Shown here: in pieces, positions 38,194 to 47,899 of the stretch
Position numbering within the stretch: position 1 is the first letter of the stretch
Layout of the letters: each line of letters opens with the position of its first letter
NCBI GenBank assembly: GCA_943359525.1
Contig: CALRHV010000003.1
Location: 521-64,520 of the forward strand
From: Candidatus Uhrbacteria bacterium
GTDB taxonomy: Bacteria > Patescibacteriota > Patescibacteriia > UBA9934
DNA: 64,000 bases
Direction of reading: 5' to 3'
Notes under the pieces: generated by a model
What the model saw: only the letters and a program-made list of their open reading frames with translations
Told to the model about the DNA's origin: nothing
The model's database searches: none
Position numbers and translations under genes: made by a program

Positions 38194-38568
38194 ATGGCAA
38201 AAGGCACTGGTCCAGAAACAATCATCGCGCATGGAGTGCGGTTGGAGGGTGATCTTGTTGCGGAAGGTGACATTGTTATCGAAGGCGAGGTGCACGGCAC
38301 TGTGAAAACCAAAGGCGATCTTCGCATTGGCGACCAGGCTTTGGTTGAAGCGAACATTGAAGCGACGAATGCGGTGGTAAGCGGTGAGATTCGTGGGAAT
38401 ATTGTTGTTCATGGAAAGCTCGAATTGTTCCCGTCGTCAAAAATGACCGGCGATGTCATGACGGAGGTTCTCGCGATTGGTCCTGGCGCACAAGTGAATG
38501 GAAATGTGAGCATGGGAGCAGAGGCGCCAAAAGGAAAGAAGCGCGCAGAAACCGTTGATGTCGAATAA
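38194..38568 (+). CDS. Bactofilin (polymer-forming cytoskeletal protein)
   Basis: ETII..G...EGDL, beta-helix repeats, GAQVNG. Confidence 0.92.
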   Translation: MAKGTGPETIIAHGVRLEGDLVAEGDIVIEGEVHGTVKTKGDLRIGDQALVEANIEATNAVVSGEIRGNIVVHGKLELFPSSKMTGDVMTEVLAIGPGAQVNGNVSMGAEAPKGKKRAETVDVE

Positions 38569-38570
38569 CT

Positions 38571-39305
38571 GTGTATTGCTACGTGTACGACGAGGCGCTG
38601 CAAGACCGACGGTTTGAGCGCGAGCTCGCCCAGATCGAAACGCGCTTAACGGACCTGGGTATTGCGGGCAAAATTGCACGCTTGGCTTTGTTTCGGGAGC
38701 CGATCGATCTTATTCGGGACGAAATTCGCGGGGGAGTCACCACGGTGGTTGCCGTGGGGAACGATATGACCCTTCGTCGCGTGATTGACGCGGTTCAAGA
38801 TCGCAAAACCGTTGTCGCATTACTCCCCGTTGGTCCACAAGGTGGCATGGCGGAACTCCTCGGAATGCCAACGGGCGTTGCGGCGTGTGACGTTCTGAGC
38901 GCACGAAACGTGGAGGAACTCGATGTCGGCGAAGTGAACGGCAAGCGATTCGTCCAATCGGTACACATCGATGGAACCGATTTCTCGATTCACCACGGCA
39001 AGCAATACGTCATCACTCCACTGCGCAAAGCCTCCATCGAAGTGCGAAATTTTGCCGCGCCAGACGACGCCGGCATGATCAGTCCCGTCGACGGCCGTCT
39101 CTCGCTCATCATCCGTCTCCCAAAGTTTTCCTTATTCAAAGGCAAAACCGACGTCGGCGTCATTCCTTTCCAAGAAATGTTCATCGCCTGCGAGAAATCC
39201 ATCACCGCCACCGTGGATGGCGATCAACTTCAAGGAAAAGATTTCTCATTCCGTGTTATTCCGAAAGCGCTGAGATTGGTTACTGGGAAATCGAGGAAGT
39301 TTTAA
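38571..39305 (+). CDS. Diacylglycerol kinase-family protein
   Basis: VVAVGND.T, LLPVG, LDVGEVNG, DGRL, VDG. Confidence 0.75.
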   Translation: MYCYVYDEALQDRRFERELAQIETRLTDLGIAGKIARLALFREPIDLIRDEIRGGVTTVVAVGNDMTLRRVIDAVQDRKTVVALLPVGPQGGMAELLGMPTGVAACDVLSARNVEELDVGEVNGKRFVQSVHIDGTDFSIHHGKQYVITPLRKASIEVRNFAAPDDAGMISPVDGRLSLIIRLPKFSLFKGKTDVGVIPFQEMFIACEKSITATVDGDQLQGKDFSFRVIPKALRLVTGKSRKF

Positions 39306-39735
39306 TATTCTTCAAATGCTCCTTTGAAAAGTACACAATCGATGCAATGAACATCGTTGTGGAGGTGATTGCGGAGAGCATGCAGTATTGGCAGATGGCG
39401 AGGATGACGAAAAGTTGGAGATAGACGAACCAGGCGGAGAAGAGGAATCCGAAGGTTGTGGCGATGGCGATGAAGCGGAGGCATTCCGTTTTTTTCGTTT
39501 CGATCATGATGTACACGGCGAGGAAGATTGCGAGATAGTAGATGGCTCCGAGGAGCGCGACGGGAACGCCCATGATCGAGGAGTATTCGCTTTTTGTAAC
39601 GAGATCGCAGCCGTGGGTGATGGTGCAGGGAAGAGTGAATTGGGTGTAGTGCTGGATTGTTAAATACGCAGCATCGAAGAAGCCGATGATGCTCACGCCA
39701 AGAATGGTGAACGGATACCAGCGGGAAGCGGTCAT
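39280..39735 (-). CDS. Vitamin K epoxide reductase (VKOR) family protein
   Basis: C.....C..V..S.YS...G.PVA..G, CQYC, four TMs. Confidence 0.92.
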   Translation of the reverse strand: MTASRWYPFTILGVSIIGFFDAAYLTIQHYTQFTLPCTITHGCDLVTKSEYSSIMGVPVALLGAIYYLAIFLAVYIMIETKKTECLRFIAIATTFGFLFSAWFVYLQLFVILAICQYCMLSAITSTTMFIASIVYFSKEHLKNIKTSSISQ

Positions 39736-39738
39736 AGA

Positions 39739-40404
39739 CTATTGTGTCGGATTCAGTGCAGCATCGATAAGCGTCTTGAATGGATCGAGACCTTGTGGAT
39801 TCTTTTCGATTTGTACACCGTTCAAGAAGAACGTTGGTGTGGAGTTCACGTTTGATTTGTCTCCGCTTCGAATATCGTCTTTCACGGAGCTGAGCGTTTC
39901 GTCGCTTGTAAGGTCGGTTTTGAACTTTTCGACATCAAGCCCAAGTGATGTCGCGTAGCCGATGAACGTATTGGTTGGATCGGTTTCTGCGCTCCACGTT
40001 TGTTGGTTGCCAAAAAGTAAGTCATGCATCACAAAAAACTTTCCTTGGATACCAGCAGCTTCCGAGGCCTGTGCTGCGAGTTGGGCATTGGGGTGAATAG
40101 ATGCGAGAGGGTAGTTTCGATACACGATCTTAAGCGTGTCACCGTATGCCTCCTTGAGGCCCTTCATAACGGGAAAGTACGCACCACAGGCTGGGCACTG
40201 GAAGTCGCTGTATTCCACGAGAACAACTGAGGCATCCTTTCCGCCCTCGAACCAATCGCTATCGTTGACAGCTACCTCGAGTTTCTGCGGGGCATTCGCA
40301 CTGTCTTGCGCGTTGCCGATCCATGCCATTCCCGCCACGATTATGACGATGCCTGCGAGGATGGTGGTGATCCGTCCAATAATCCCAAATTTCATATTTG
40401 CCAT
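39739..40404 (-). CDS. DsbA-family disulfide oxidoreductase
   Basis: EYSDFQCPAC, YRNYPL, GKFF.MHD.LF, STPTFFLNG. Confidence 0.92.
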   Translation of the reverse strand: MANMKFGIIGRITTILAGIVIIVAGMAWIGNAQDSANAPQKLEVAVNDSDWFEGGKDASVVLVEYSDFQCPACGAYFPVMKGLKEAYGDTLKIVYRNYPLASIHPNAQLAAQASEAAGIQGKFFVMHDLLFGNQQTWSAETDPTNTFIGYATSLGLDVEKFKTDLTSDETLSSVKDDIRSGDKSNVNSTPTFFLNGVQIEKNPQGLDPFKTLIDAALNPTQ

Positions 40405-40469
40405 AGTGCGATAAGGGTATCAAAAAACCAGAAAACGAAAAAGAAGCCCGTTCAGGACTTCTTCATCGA

Positions 40470-40545
40470 TGGTGGACCGTATCGGGATCGAACCGATGAC
40501 CTTCTGACTGCCAGCCAGACGCTCTACCAGCTGAGCTAACGGCCC
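40470..40545 (-). tRNA. tRNA-Ala(GGC)
   Basis: G3:U70, tctgg-ctGGCag-tcaga, GGTTCGATCCC, CCA. Confidence 0.96.
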
Positions 40546-40556
40546 TAAGGATGTCC

Positions 40557-40633
40557 TGGTGGACGCCGGGGGATTCGAACCCTCGACCCTCTCGGTGTAA
40601 ACGAGATGCTCTAACCAGCTGAGCTAGGCGTCC
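40557..40633 (-). tRNA. tRNA-Val(TAC)
   Basis: GGACGCC/GGCGTCC, tctcg-ttTACac-cgaga, GGTTCGAATCC, CCA. Confidence 0.96.
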
Positions 40634-40727
40634 AAAATATTGCTTGGAAATAATAGCACATCAAGAATAAAGCGCAAACGCTATTCTCATATTTTGGTAG
40701 GCACTTATTGTTTGATATACTTTACAA

Positions 40728-41420
40728 ATGGCAAAATCCACAATCTCTACACGATGGTCAAAAAAACTTGCATACGCAATTGGTCTTATTGTATCGGACG
40801 GAAATATGTCACCGGACGGCCGTCATGTGACTTTCACATCAAAAGATCTTGATCTTATTGAACAATTCCTTCGTGCGTTGAATATCGAAGGCTATCATGT
40901 CGGAAGAAAATCTCGCGGCCATGAACTCGAAAAGAAGTATTTTGTCGTACAGATTGGAGACGTTCGATTTTATCGTTTTTTATTGGGGATCGGCATCATG
41001 CAAAGAAAATCAAAAATCCTTCAAGAAATACAGATGCCAAAAAATCTTCTTCCCCATTTTGTTCGAGGCGTGTTTGATGGGGATGGAACATGCTACTCGT
41101 ATTATGATCCACGCTGGAAATCCAGCTTCATGGTATACACCGCTTTTGTATCTGCGAGTCCAATATTTCTTACGTGGCTACAAAAATACCTTGATGCTAC
41201 TTATGGTATTCAGGGCACAATCAGTGCCATGGTCAAACACGTCCAACAGCTCCGGTATGCGAAAAAGGCTTCGCGGAAACTTTTTTCTATAATGTATCGA
41301 AATGCCGATAATTTGTACCTTAAAAGAAAATACTTGAAATTATCAGAGGCGTTGGCTATACTCCCCTCGGTTCAAGAAAAGAATGCGCGAGTGGAGAAAT
41401 TGGTAAACTCGCCAGCTTGA
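40728..41420 (+). CDS. Free-standing double-motif LAGLIDADG homing-endonuclease-like protein
   Basis: LAYAIGLIVSDG and FVRGVFDGDG motifs; AT-rich relative to flanks. Confidence 0.85.
   Translation: MAKSTISTRWSKKLAYAIGLIVSDGNMSPDGRHVTFTSKDLDLIEQFLRALNIEGYHVGRKSRGHELEKKYFVVQIGDVRFYRFLLGIGIMQRKSKILQEIQMPKNLLPHFVRGVFDGDGTCYSYYDPRWKSSFMVYTAFVSASPIFLTWLQKYLDATYGIQGTISAMVKHVQQLRYAKKASRKLFSIMYRNADNLYLKRKYLKLSEALAILPSVQEKNARVEKLVNSPA
41334..41362 (+). promoter_or_regulatory. sigma70 promoter of tRNA-Leu embedded in the LAGLIDADG ORF
   Basis: TTGAAA-17 nt-TATACT, 22 nt before the tRNA. Confidence 0.65.
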
Positions 41421-41471
41421 GGGGCTGGTGCTAGCAATAGCTTGGAGGTTCGAGTCCTCTCTCGCGCACCA
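41385..41471 (+). tRNA. tRNA-Leu(GAG)
   Basis: GCGCGAG/CTCGCGC, ccagc-ttGAGgg-gctgg, long variable arm, GGTTCGAGTCC, CCA. Confidence 0.95.
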
Positions 41472-41473
41472 TC

Positions 41474-41505
41474 GAAAAAGAAGCCTGACCGGGCTTCTTT
41501 TTCGT
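41474..41505. terminator. Intrinsic terminator after tRNA-Leu
   Basis: gaaaaagaagcctg-ac-cgggcttctttttc. Confidence 0.8.
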
Positions 41506-41569
41506 TTGTGGACGAGAAAGGCCGCTGTCCTGGGTGGGACGGCGGCCTTGAGGCGATGTTGCGATGCAC

Positions 41570-41947
41570 TTAGTGCCACCGTCCGTTGTGACGGAAACAC
41601 AGCGCCATGCGAATATTCGCGTGGAGGACCCACAGAATGCTCGCGATGAAAACGAAGCGTCCGATGGTTGGCGGAATCGGGACTGCACAACAGGTGAGCG
41701 CAACGAAGAGAATCCATGAGATCGCGGCCCATTTCATGAGTCGGATCGCCTCTTTCTGGTTAGCCTCCGTTTGCAGGAATGCCTCCTTACGCTCTTTGCT
41801 GAGCACCTTGAGCCTCACGCCGTTTTTTTCACCAATTTGCCAGCCCCTGGCGACTTCTTGCGGCGTAAGAAAATCACCATCTTCCGATGTCTGGTCGCGA
41901 AGAGCGAGTCCGCTGTTGTTCGATGCTTCGGTTTCGTGGGTCGTCAT
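41570..41947 (-). CDS. Hypothetical protein with two C-terminal TMs
   Basis: GGAG RBS before ATG 41947; downstream hairpin. Confidence 0.6.
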   Translation of the reverse strand: MTTHETEASNNSGLALRDQTSEDGDFLTPQEVARGWQIGEKNGVRLKVLSKERKEAFLQTEANQKEAIRLMKWAAISWILFVALTCCAVPIPPTIGRFVFIASILWVLHANIRMALCFRHNGRWH

Positions 41948-42103
41948 GGTGTATTCTCCGTGTGTAAGGGTACAGGACAAGGTTGTTCAAGTCGATATTG
42001 ACTTTCGCTGCCAAGAGACTAGGATAAACCGTTCTTTCCCAATTGAATCACTTCACAACGTTCTGAGGTTATCATGCCATTCAAGGGTGCAGAAATCGGT
42101 TTA

Positions 42104-44023
42104 ATGAGTTTCATTCCGGAAGTCGGACGGGCCGGGTCATTCCAGCCGAGTCCCGAAGTTCTTGAAATGCGGGAGATCAAGGCCGCCGTACGCGACATCG
42201 CTGGTGACGTTCATGAGTTCTCATCCGGCCAGTACGAAATTGCGTCATACAATAGTGAACGCGTGGGCGCGCAATTCGAGGCGATGCAAACGTCGAATCA
42301 GGCGCTCCTCGACGCACAGTCACTTGCCGCGGACAACGCCCAGCTCGCTCATCGGGAACGGCTGCAGGCACTTGAGAGCCAACAGAGCACGCTCGAGGAC
42401 ATTCTGCGCGTGCAGGGAATGCATATCGCCATCGCCAGCCTTCTCCTGCGCTCGGCACAAAACGCCGAGGCAAATCTCGACTGCATGTGCGACATGCTTG
42501 ATAAAATTGACGATGGTCTCGCAAGGAATGATCGACTTGCTGCTCTTCGGCACGTCGAACTTCTTGATGCGATTCGTCGTCCGGCTCAAATCAAGGCGGA
42601 CGAAAAGTACGCGCATGGCTTGGCGCAGTTTGACGCGGGGCACTTGGCGCTCGCGGCTAAGGATCTTCGTGCGGCGCTCGGTCACGTTTCGGTGCACGTT
42701 CCGTCGTTGCTTCTTCTTGGCCGGGTGTGCGTTGAGCGCGGTTTGGCGGGGGAGGCGAAAGCACTTTTCCGTCGTACCGCAAAGCACGCTGCCCAACAGA
42801 ACAATCTCGATGCGTACGCCTCTGCGATGATTCGTCTCTCGCACGTCGAGCGTATCGTTGGCAACCTCGAATCGGCGTACAAGATCATGGTCGAGGCGCT
42901 GACGTTCTTGCGCAAGCAGGAAAAGGACGGCGACGATCAAGACGAGGACGATTGGGAGGACGATGCGGAGGCCGAGCGGAGCTTTAATCGTCGTATTCTC
43001 GTCGCCTACGAGACGCTGAAGGCGCGGTGGGCAGTCCCCGCGAATCAGAACAAAGAGGTTGTTCGGGAGGTCGGCTGGGAACTCCGGCATTTGTACACTA
43101 TGAACGAAGGGCTTCGTGAGGAAGTGGCCGAGTTGCCGCTCTTTGCGAGCCTTCGGGAATACTGTCCGTGGCTCGGAGATCGTTTGGAAGAGGTCGACTA
43201 CTCTTCTCAGTACGAGGACATCGGTCTTCTCCTTTCCCTGACCACTTCGGATAAATATCCCAAAACGTACGACGCCGAAAACTTCATGGGTGTTCTCATG
43301 TTTATGAATAGTGTCGTTGAGGATGTGCGTTCGGGCTACGTGCCTCGCGACGCAGTCACCGACGAGCTTTTGGCTGACCTCACGCCAATGGTCATGTGCA
43401 TGATGATCAATATCGAGAACGGCCGGGGGAATTGCGATGATCTTGTTGCGTTACTCGAAACTGAGCTTGAAAAACGGCGTGACGACGTTTCGTTTCTCTC
43501 GTCGAAGGTGTCGCTGTACGATTTCATTGTGAGCGATGAAGCGTATCGCAAGAAGCTTCGGTGGCAGGACGCTGAACCGATCGAGGACGAGCTCAGTCGA
43601 CTCTGCATTACGATCGAACCGACGTCGGCACTCTTCGCTCCGTACCATGCGGCGCTTGCGGCTCACGCCGAGGAGGAGCGTGTTAAGGCGGCAAAAGCGG
43701 CTGAAACAAAGCGTCAGGCTGAGTACGAAGCGAAGTGGGGTTTTGGCGAGGCTGGACGGCTGGCTGAGCGTGCACATCTCAATCGACTTGAGCGCGAAAA
43801 AAAAGCCCGGGAAGCGGCGGTTCGTCAGAGGGCGCAGGAGACTGCTCATCACGCGGATAACGCGAAGGAGGCGCGTCGCCGTCTGGAGGACGAGCGCAGC
43901 GTTGAGTCCAAGAGGAGCTCAGATCGAATGTGGATGTTCCTTATGGGTCTGCCAGTCGTTGTCATCGTGAGTATCGTGCTTCTGACGGTTCTGCTCGCGG
44001 TGGTTCTCTGGATCGTCGCCTAA
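42104..44023 (+). CDS. TPR/coiled-coil protein with C-terminal membrane anchor
   Basis: TPR-like helices (YAHGLAQFDAG...LLLGRVC..RG...EAKALF), charged coiled coil, C-terminal TM. Confidence 0.7.
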   Translation: MSFIPEVGRAGSFQPSPEVLEMREIKAAVRDIAGDVHEFSSGQYEIASYNSERVGAQFEAMQTSNQALLDAQSLAADNAQLAHRERLQALESQQSTLEDILRVQGMHIAIASLLLRSAQNAEANLDCMCDMLDKIDDGLARNDRLAALRHVELLDAIRRPAQIKADEKYAHGLAQFDAGHLALAAKDLRAALGHVSVHVPSLLLLGRVCVERGLAGEAKALFRRTAKHAAQQNNLDAYASAMIRLSHVERIVGNLESAYKIMVEALTFLRKQEKDGDDQDEDDWEDDAEAERSFNRRILVAYETLKARWAVPANQNKEVVREVGWELRHLYTMNEGLREEVAELPLFASLREYCPWLGDRLEEVDYSSQYEDIGLLLSLTTSDKYPKTYDAENFMGVLMFMNSVVEDVRSGYVPRDAVTDELLADLTPMVMCMMINIENGRGNCDDLVALLETELEKRRDDVSFLSSKVSLYDFIVSDEAYRKKLRWQDAEPIEDELSRLCITIEPTSALFAPYHAALAAHAEEERVKAAKAAETKRQAEYEAKWGFGEAGRLAERAHLNRLEREKKAREAAVRQRAQETAHHADNAKEARRRLEDERSVESKRSSDRMWMFLMGLPVVVIVSIVLLTVLLAVVLWIVA

Positions 44024-44117
44024 AACGCGACAGAGCTCCTCAGGTAATTCGTTCGACGCACGCGCGCTTGAGGCAAAACCTCGAGCGCGCGTTTTCGTTT
44101 GTGATAAAATACTCTAT

Positions 44118-44351
44118 ATGCTCCAGCGAATTCTTATTGGCCTGTTCATCACCGCGATGGGATGGATGATGGTGTGGAAAACGCGGTGGTTTGAAGACAT
44201 GCTCGGGCCAGTGGCGTGGGCAGAACAGCATTTGGGTACAACAGCATTCTTCTACAAGCTTCTTGGAACCGCGGTGATGATCCTTGGTTTCATCGTCACA
44301 TTGAACTTGTTCGATATTATCATTGGCAGTTTTATTCGTTCGATTTTCTAA
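44118..44351 (+). CDS. Small two-TM membrane protein
   Basis: WAEQHLG...FYKLLG motif, two hydrophobic segments. Confidence 0.75.
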   Translation: MLQRILIGLFITAMGWMMVWKTRWFEDMLGPVAWAEQHLGTTAFFYKLLGTAVMILGFIVTLNLFDIIIGSFIRSIF

Positions 44352-44355
44352 ATAC

Positions 44356-44901
44356 ATGGCTGGTAGCGCCTTACTTGATGCGAACGTGATCCTCGGGATT
44401 GCGAACCTCCGCCCCGGTTACCGTGTGGCGGATTTTGGCGCTGGAGGGTCGGGGCATTTGGTATTGCCAGCGGCTCGATTCCTTGCCGACGACGGCGTCG
44501 TATTTGCGGTGGACATTCATCCCGAAGCACTGTCGATGCTCCGTGGCCATCGATCGCTCCATTCGCTGTTGAATCTTTATCCCGTTCGAGGAGATATCGA
44601 GCGATTTGGTGGCATCGCCGATATCGAACAGGGTTCGCTCGATCGGATTTTCCTCATCAACACCCTGTGGTCAGCGCGTCGTCGTGCATCGATTGTTTCG
44701 GAAGCGCGTCGTCTTCTCGCTCCAGATGGACAGATTATTGTTGTGGATTGGGAGCCGCAAACTCGCCATGCCGTGGCGCCGAATAGTGTTGATCGCGTTG
44801 CGCCGTATGCAATTGATCGTGTGTTTTCCGAGGGGGGGTGCCGGGAATGCGGACAGTTCAGGGCGAGCCGTGATCATTGGGGGAGAATTTACAGTCACTA
44901 G
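44356..44901 (+). CDS. Class I SAM-dependent methyltransferase
   Basis: VADFGAGGSG, VFAVDI, RLLAPDG..IVVDW. Confidence 0.88.
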   Translation: MAGSALLDANVILGIANLRPGYRVADFGAGGSGHLVLPAARFLADDGVVFAVDIHPEALSMLRGHRSLHSLLNLYPVRGDIERFGGIADIEQGSLDRIFLINTLWSARRRASIVSEARRLLAPDGQIIVVDWEPQTRHAVAPNSVDRVAPYAIDRVFSEGGCRECGQFRASRDHWGRIYSH

Positions 44902-44925
44902 GTTTTCGGCTATCATCTTGCCCAT

Positions 44926-45342
44926 ATGAATTTTCTTTCTCCACTCTGGGATTTGAGCTTCTGGTTCGATCTCACGCCAATCCGCATGGCCGCGGCGTTC
45001 GAAGCCAGTTTCTTTGGCTTCTTTGCGCTCGTGATTGTTGCAGGATCGGTGATCCGCATGATGATCCGCAACGGAAAATACGATCGCTATCAAACGATCG
45101 TTCTCAAGAAAATCGCGACGCTGTGTTCTTTCTCTGGTGTGGTCGGTTTGGTTTGGTTTTTTCTTACCTTTGAGGAAATTCAATTTTTCGGCTCCCGTTT
45201 CTGGTTCTTAATCTGGATTATCGGTGTTATCGCTGGCGTCGTTTCGATCGTTCGTTACGTCAAAAAAGAAGTTCCAGCATTGCAGCACCGCGAACAGTCT
45301 CGTGCTGATGTGAATAAATACTTGCCGAAACGATCTCGGTAA
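44926..45342 (+). CDS. Conserved membrane protein
   Basis: Three TMs, F..E.I.FFG.RFW, C-terminal KYLP. Confidence 0.75.
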   Translation: MNFLSPLWDLSFWFDLTPIRMAAAFEASFFGFFALVIVAGSVIRMMIRNGKYDRYQTIVLKKIATLCSFSGVVGLVWFFLTFEEIQFFGSRFWFLIWIIGVIAGVVSIVRYVKKEVPALQHREQSRADVNKYLPKRSR

Positions 45343-45347
45343 TCGTT

Positions 45348-45698
45348 ATGGTGGATAAGAGGAGGATTTTTGGGAACGCAGCGGAGGCCGATGCCGCTGC
45401 GTTTTTGAAATCAAAGAAGATGAAAATCATCGACGTGCAATATCGAAACCGATTCGGCGAGATCGATATCATCGCGAAGGATGGAGATGAATACGTGATG
45501 GTGGAGGTGAAGGCACGCAAGAATCACGAGTTCGGCTACCCCGAAGAATCCGTCACCAAATCCAAACTCCGCAAAATCGCTATCGTCGCCGAACACTTTA
45601 TGAGCGATCATTCAGGGATCGATTGGCGCATCGACGTGATTGCGATTGAATACGATCACACACCGCCGAAAATTACGCACATTATCGGCGTGGGGTAA
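45348..45698 (+). CDS. yraN: YraN (UPF0102) family protein
   Basis: G..AE..A..FL, GEIDII, VEVKAR, ESVT..K, RIDVIAI. Confidence 0.92.
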   Translation: MVDKRRIFGNAAEADAAAFLKSKKMKIIDVQYRNRFGEIDIIAKDGDEYVMVEVKARKNHEFGYPEESVTKSKLRKIAIVAEHFMSDHSGIDWRIDVIAIEYDHTPPKITHIIGVG

Positions 45699-45708
45699 AA
45701 TGAGGGAT

Positions 45709-46254
45709 ATGCCAAAGGAACTGATTCCAACGCAAGAAAAACCCGAAGTTCGTGTCGCAACCATTGCCGATGCGGCGGATATTGCAAGGATTCAGCATGA
45801 TTCGTGGATTGCGACGTATGTGAACGATAATGCGGGAATTCGAAGGGAGGATATTGCTGATCACCTCGGAGATCTTACGTCTCGTTCGGATCGCTGGAAG
45901 GATAGGATATTGCGAAAGCCAGGGACGATCGAGATTCTTGTGTTGCGCGAAGAAGATCGCGTGATCGGATTTTGTCAAGTTGAGCGTATTCGAGACATCG
46001 GCCATGTGAATGCCCTGTATCTTGATCCTGAGTTTGCGCATCGTGGTCTCGGTTCACAACTATTGCAGAAAGGTATCAACTGGCTCGGCGTCGATCGCCC
46101 ACTCGAGCTCGAGGTGGCATCGTACAATGATTCGGCGATACGCTTTTATCAGCGACATGGTTTTCGAGAGCAAGGACCAGCGAAGTCTCTTCAATTGCGA
46201 AACGGAAAACTTCTTCCATTGACGTTAATGGTTCGCGATGTTGTGGAGAAGTAA
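45709..46254 (+). CDS. GNAT N-acetyltransferase
   Basis: ALYLDP...RGLGSQLL, N..AIRFYQRHGF. Confidence 0.9.
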   Translation: MPKELIPTQEKPEVRVATIADAADIARIQHDSWIATYVNDNAGIRREDIADHLGDLTSRSDRWKDRILRKPGTIEILVLREEDRVIGFCQVERIRDIGHVNALYLDPEFAHRGLGSQLLQKGINWLGVDRPLELEVASYNDSAIRFYQRHGFREQGPAKSLQLRNGKLLPLTLMVRDVVEK

Positions 46255-46326
46255 ATTGATCAGCGGAGATATTGCTGATAGAATAGAAACAATCCCCACG
46301 AATTTTATTCTTCATTTTTTGTTTGT

Positions 46327-46605
46327 ATGTTGAACAAAGAAGATGTACGAGTTCTTCGTGGCGTGTTTGGTGAAATGCTAGAAGAAAATAACCATTCTCT
46401 GAAACGTGAAATTAGCGACGAGATGCATTCGGTGGTGAACGCTGCGGTATTCGCCTCGGAGGAGAGAATCGTTGCCACACTCCGAGCTGAAATTCATATA
46501 CTACGCGACGACATCCTCGATCTCGTCAATGATGAAATCCTTCCCCAAATCGACGAATGTCAGCGCGATATCGTCCAATTGAAAATCGCGGTGAATATTG
46601 CGTAG
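46327..46605 (+). CDS. Small coiled-coil hypothetical protein
   Basis: 92 aa, heptad pattern. Confidence 0.6.
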   Translation: MLNKEDVRVLRGVFGEMLEENNHSLKREISDEMHSVVNAAVFASEERIVATLRAEIHILRDDILDLVNDEILPQIDECQRDIVQLKIAVNIA

Positions 46606-46692
46606 TCGATTAGGCTGTGCTACCATATTTTCATGTTGAAACCTGGCCGCAATGCCAGGTTTCACTGTTAAACAATTAAAGAACAATCTATT

Positions 46693-47898
46693 ATGGCAAG
46701 TGCAATCGAGTTAGCAATCCGCCAGATTTGTGACGAGAAGGGTCTTTCATATGAGAGCGTAATGACGACGATTGAATCGGCGTTGGCGGCTGCATATCGT
46801 AAGGATTTTGGTGATAAATATCACAACCTTGAGGCACAGTTCGATACCGAAACTGGTTTGGCGCGCATTTTCGATGTGAAAACGGTGGTTGCGGATATTA
46901 CTCCAGAAGAAATGGAAGAGGTGAAGAAGATTGAGGCTGAAGAATCGGCTCGTCGCGAGGCAATGCGCGCGCTTGGTGACTTTATGCCGCCAACGGAAAC
47001 TCCGGTGGACGAAATTGCTCCAAAGTTTAATCCAAAGACCGACATCATGATTTCCGACGCGCAGCTCATGAAAATGGGTGCAAAGGTTGGTGATGTGTTA
47101 CGCACAGAGCTTCCACAGGCTGTGGAGTTCGGCAGAATGGCAGCAATGACTGCAAAGCAAGTTATTACACAAAAGCTTCGCGAGGCAGAGCGTGAAATCA
47201 TTTTTAACGAGTTCAAAGGTGTTGAAGGCGATGTGATCGTTGGAACCGTCCAGCGTCGCGAGGGTCGCATCATTCTCGTCGACATTGGTCGTACAGCGGG
47301 AATCATCAAGCCAGAAGACGCGATGCCAACAGAACGCTATCGTTCTGGTGATCGGTTGAAATTCTACGTTCGCGAAGTGTCCCTCGGTTCGCGCGGTGCG
47401 CAGATTTTGCTCTCCAGAACCAGCGAAGAGTTGGTAAAGAAATTGTTCATGGTAGAAATTCCAGAAGTCGCTGAGGGAACGGTCGTTATTAAAGCAATCG
47501 CTCGCGAGGCTGGTGCTCGAACCAAGATCGCTGTTGCCTCTACCGATGCGGGAATTGATCCGATTGGTGCGTGTATCGGTCAGCGCGGAAGCCGTATTCA
47601 GACGATTACGGGCGAACTTTCCGGAGAAAAAATCGACATCGTGCAGTGGAGCGAAAATCCACGTGAGCTCATCACACATTCGTTGTCGCCAGCAAAGGTG
47701 CTCGAAGTGAATCTTGATGAAGTAGAGCATGCGGCAATCGTCGTCGTTCCAAGTGATCAGCTTTCACTTGCAATTGGGCGCGGTGGTCAGAACGTTCGTT
47801 TGGCTGCAAAACTTACGGGTTGGAAAGTGAATATTCAAGAGCGTCAGGCTGACGGTGTTGTTGCTCCGGTCGAAAATGTTGAGGCTGTCGCCGAATAA
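46693..47898 (+). CDS. nusA: Transcription termination/antitermination factor NusA
   Basis: FGRMAAMTAKQVI.Q, EIPE, AREAGARTKIAV, GACIGQRG, QLSLAIGRGGQNVRLA. Confidence 0.98.
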   Translation: MASAIELAIRQICDEKGLSYESVMTTIESALAAAYRKDFGDKYHNLEAQFDTETGLARIFDVKTVVADITPEEMEEVKKIEAEESARREAMRALGDFMPPTETPVDEIAPKFNPKTDIMISDAQLMKMGAKVGDVLRTELPQAVEFGRMAAMTAKQVITQKLREAEREIIFNEFKGVEGDVIVGTVQRREGRIILVDIGRTAGIIKPEDAMPTERYRSGDRLKFYVREVSLGSRGAQILLSRTSEELVKKLFMVEIPEVAEGTVVIKAIAREAGARTKIAVASTDAGIDPIGACIGQRGSRIQTITGELSGEKIDIVQWSENPRELITHSLSPAKVLEVNLDEVEHAAIVVVPSDQLSLAIGRGGQNVRLAAKLTGWKVNIQERQADGVVAPVENVEAVAE

Positions 47899-47899
47899 T

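Noticed and set aside
40634-41384. LAGLIDADG inside a tRNA group I intron or intein
   Set aside because: Both flanking tRNAs are uninterrupted; no splicing motifs or host extein seen
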